DNA of 59,563 nucleotides, counting the filler, from Rhizaria sp. SCN 62-66 (Eukaryota), in assembly GCA_001724265.1 (NCBI GenBank). It is 2 parts of 2 records of this genome, joined end to end, with 100 filler letters (N's around TTAATTAATTAA, not from the genome) between each part and the next. Parts side by side here need not be neighbours in the genome. Positions count along the whole stretch, not along the records: positions 29,946 to 59,563 come from MEDY01000378.1; 1 more part is not named here. One strand, written 5' to 3'. The notes under the pieces are model-generated. The model had not been told where the DNA came from and did not search any database. It saw only the letters and a program-made list of their open reading frames with translations. Every line of letters begins with the position of its first letter. Position 1 is the first letter of the stretch. Shown one piece after another: positions 58,438 to 59,563 of the stretch. The position numbers were made by a program, and so were the translations under genes.

Positions 58438-59563
58438 TCACAGCGCCGCCTTCAGCGCTGAGTCGTCCTCTGCCACAGCCGCAGTCCCAGTCACAGCATC
58501 GCTACCGCGCGCGTACTGCCCTGCGTTAGCGACTGCGCGCGCAATCAGCCCGCGCGCGCGCACGAGAGCCCGCAGCGCGCTGAGCGCGTCGACCTGCGCG
58601 ACCAGCCCGGGGGGCAGCGCGCCCGCGGCCGCGGCGGCGCCCTCGGCGCGCGCGTCGCCCCGCGCAGCGGCCTGCGCGGCGGCCTCGGCCTCGGCGCCCG
58701 ACCCCGCGGCAGCCTCACCCGCAGCAGCCTCGGGCGCGGCCGTCAACGCGGCCGCGACGGCGCCCGCCACGGCGGCCGCGTGCGCCGCCGGGAACCCCGC
58801 GCGCAGCAGCGCGGCCGCGGCGGCCAAGTGGCAGCGCGCGGCGGCCGCGCGGGCATGGTCGCGCGCAGTCTGCTCCCACAACGCGAGCGGCGCGCGCCAG
58901 TGCGGCTTGACGTGGCCCGGCAGCGCGTGCGCATGCGGCAGTCGGCACAACAGCGAGCACAGCCACGTGCCCGGGTGCACGCTCGCGCCCTTGTCCTTGT
59001 CTTTGCCGTCTTTGCGCTTGCTCTGTTTCGCGTCCCTGTCCTTGCCGTGCTTCGGGGCGGCGTGCGCGCTGTCCGGGCTCGCGGGGTTGCCGTCGCTCTG
59101 GTTCACAACGCTGTTCCTGCGGCTGAGGCTGACGCTGCCGCGGCGCCCGCCAGTATTCCCCGCGCTCGCGCTCATGCCGTCGGCGTCGGCGTTGGCGTCG
59201 GCGTCGGCGTCGGTGTCGGTGTCGACACTGTAGAGCGGCGCCAGGGCCCGCGGGTCGAGTCCCAGCGCGGCGAGGCTCGCCTCGGCCGCGGCCAGTAGCG
59301 CCGTACACGCAGCGCCCAACCCCAGCTGCAGTTGCGGCGACGGGGGCGCGGCGCCGAGAGCGCTGCCCGCGCTGCTGGTGTCCAGCAGCAGCTCTGCGGC
59401 GTCGACGGCCCCGTCGGCAACGCTGACAGCAGCGGCGTCGGCCTCAGCGCTGGCGCGTGCGAGCCTGCCCGCGAGCGCGGCGGCGGCGGCGCGCGCGGCG
59501 GCGAGCGCCGCGAGCGTGGGCGCGTCCTCTGCGCCGCTGGCGGCCGCGGCGGCCGCGCACGCC
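58438..59563 (-). CDS. 3' part of an Ala-rich hypothetical protein, open to the window edge
   Basis: The frame stays open beyond the track's TTG start towards the window end. Coding-like GC-rich composition. TGA at 58438-58440 is followed by AT-rich sequence. Confidence 0.75.
   Translation of the reverse strand, partial: ACAAAAAASGAEDAPTLAALAAARAAAAALAGRLARASAEADAAAVSVADGAVDAAELLLDTSSAGSALGAAPPSPQLQLGLGAACTALLAAAEASLAALGLDPRALAPLYSVDTDTDADADANADADGMSASAGNTGGRRGSVSLSRRNSVVNQSDGNPASPDSAHAAPKHGKDRDAKQSKRKDGKDKDKGASVHPGTWLCSLLCRLPHAHALPGHVKPHWRAPLALWEQTARDHARAAAARCHLAAAAALLRAGFPAAHAAAVAGAVAAALTAAPEAAAGEAAAGSGAEAEAAAQAAARGDARAEGAAAAAGALPPGLVAQVDALSALRALVRARGLIARAVANAGQYARGSDAVTGTAAVAEDDSALKAAL

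Overview
Gene-dense eukaryotic (protist-like) nuclear DNA with GC-rich exons, short AT-richer GT-AG introns and a 100-bp artificial contig linker at 29846-29945. About 18 protein genes can be modelled: RPS15 (3' end), a TPC/SLC25A19-like mitochondrial carrier, a GT7 glycosyltransferase, an orphan membrane protein, a GNPTAB-like Stealth protein, DCN1, a TBC+EF-hand RabGAP, a large repeat surface protein, RBBP5/SWD1, PSMA5, TMX2, a TrmJ-like SPOUT methyltransferase, PRMT3, a B-box/coiled-coil protein (plus a decayed tandem copy), a Gly/Gln-rich secreted protein, RNase T2, APN1/endonuclease IV and a partial Ala-rich CDS. Main result: the organism appears to use a non-standard nuclear genetic code in which UAG alone is a sense codon. 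Seven genes, including the normally conserved single-copy RBBP5, contain in-frame TAG with the frame continuing cleanly and no in-frame TAA/TGA or frameshift. All 17 modelled gene ends are TAA (10) or TGA (7), never TAG. The encoded amino acid cannot be fixed from this window; Gln, Tyr and Leu are the candidates, and two local alignments place TAG opposite TAC (Tyr). Also notable are a 5' splice-site consensus GTACG with C at +4 in 14 of 14 introns, and very large low-complexity insertions in conserved proteins. All family assignments come from motif recognition by eye; no database search was run.
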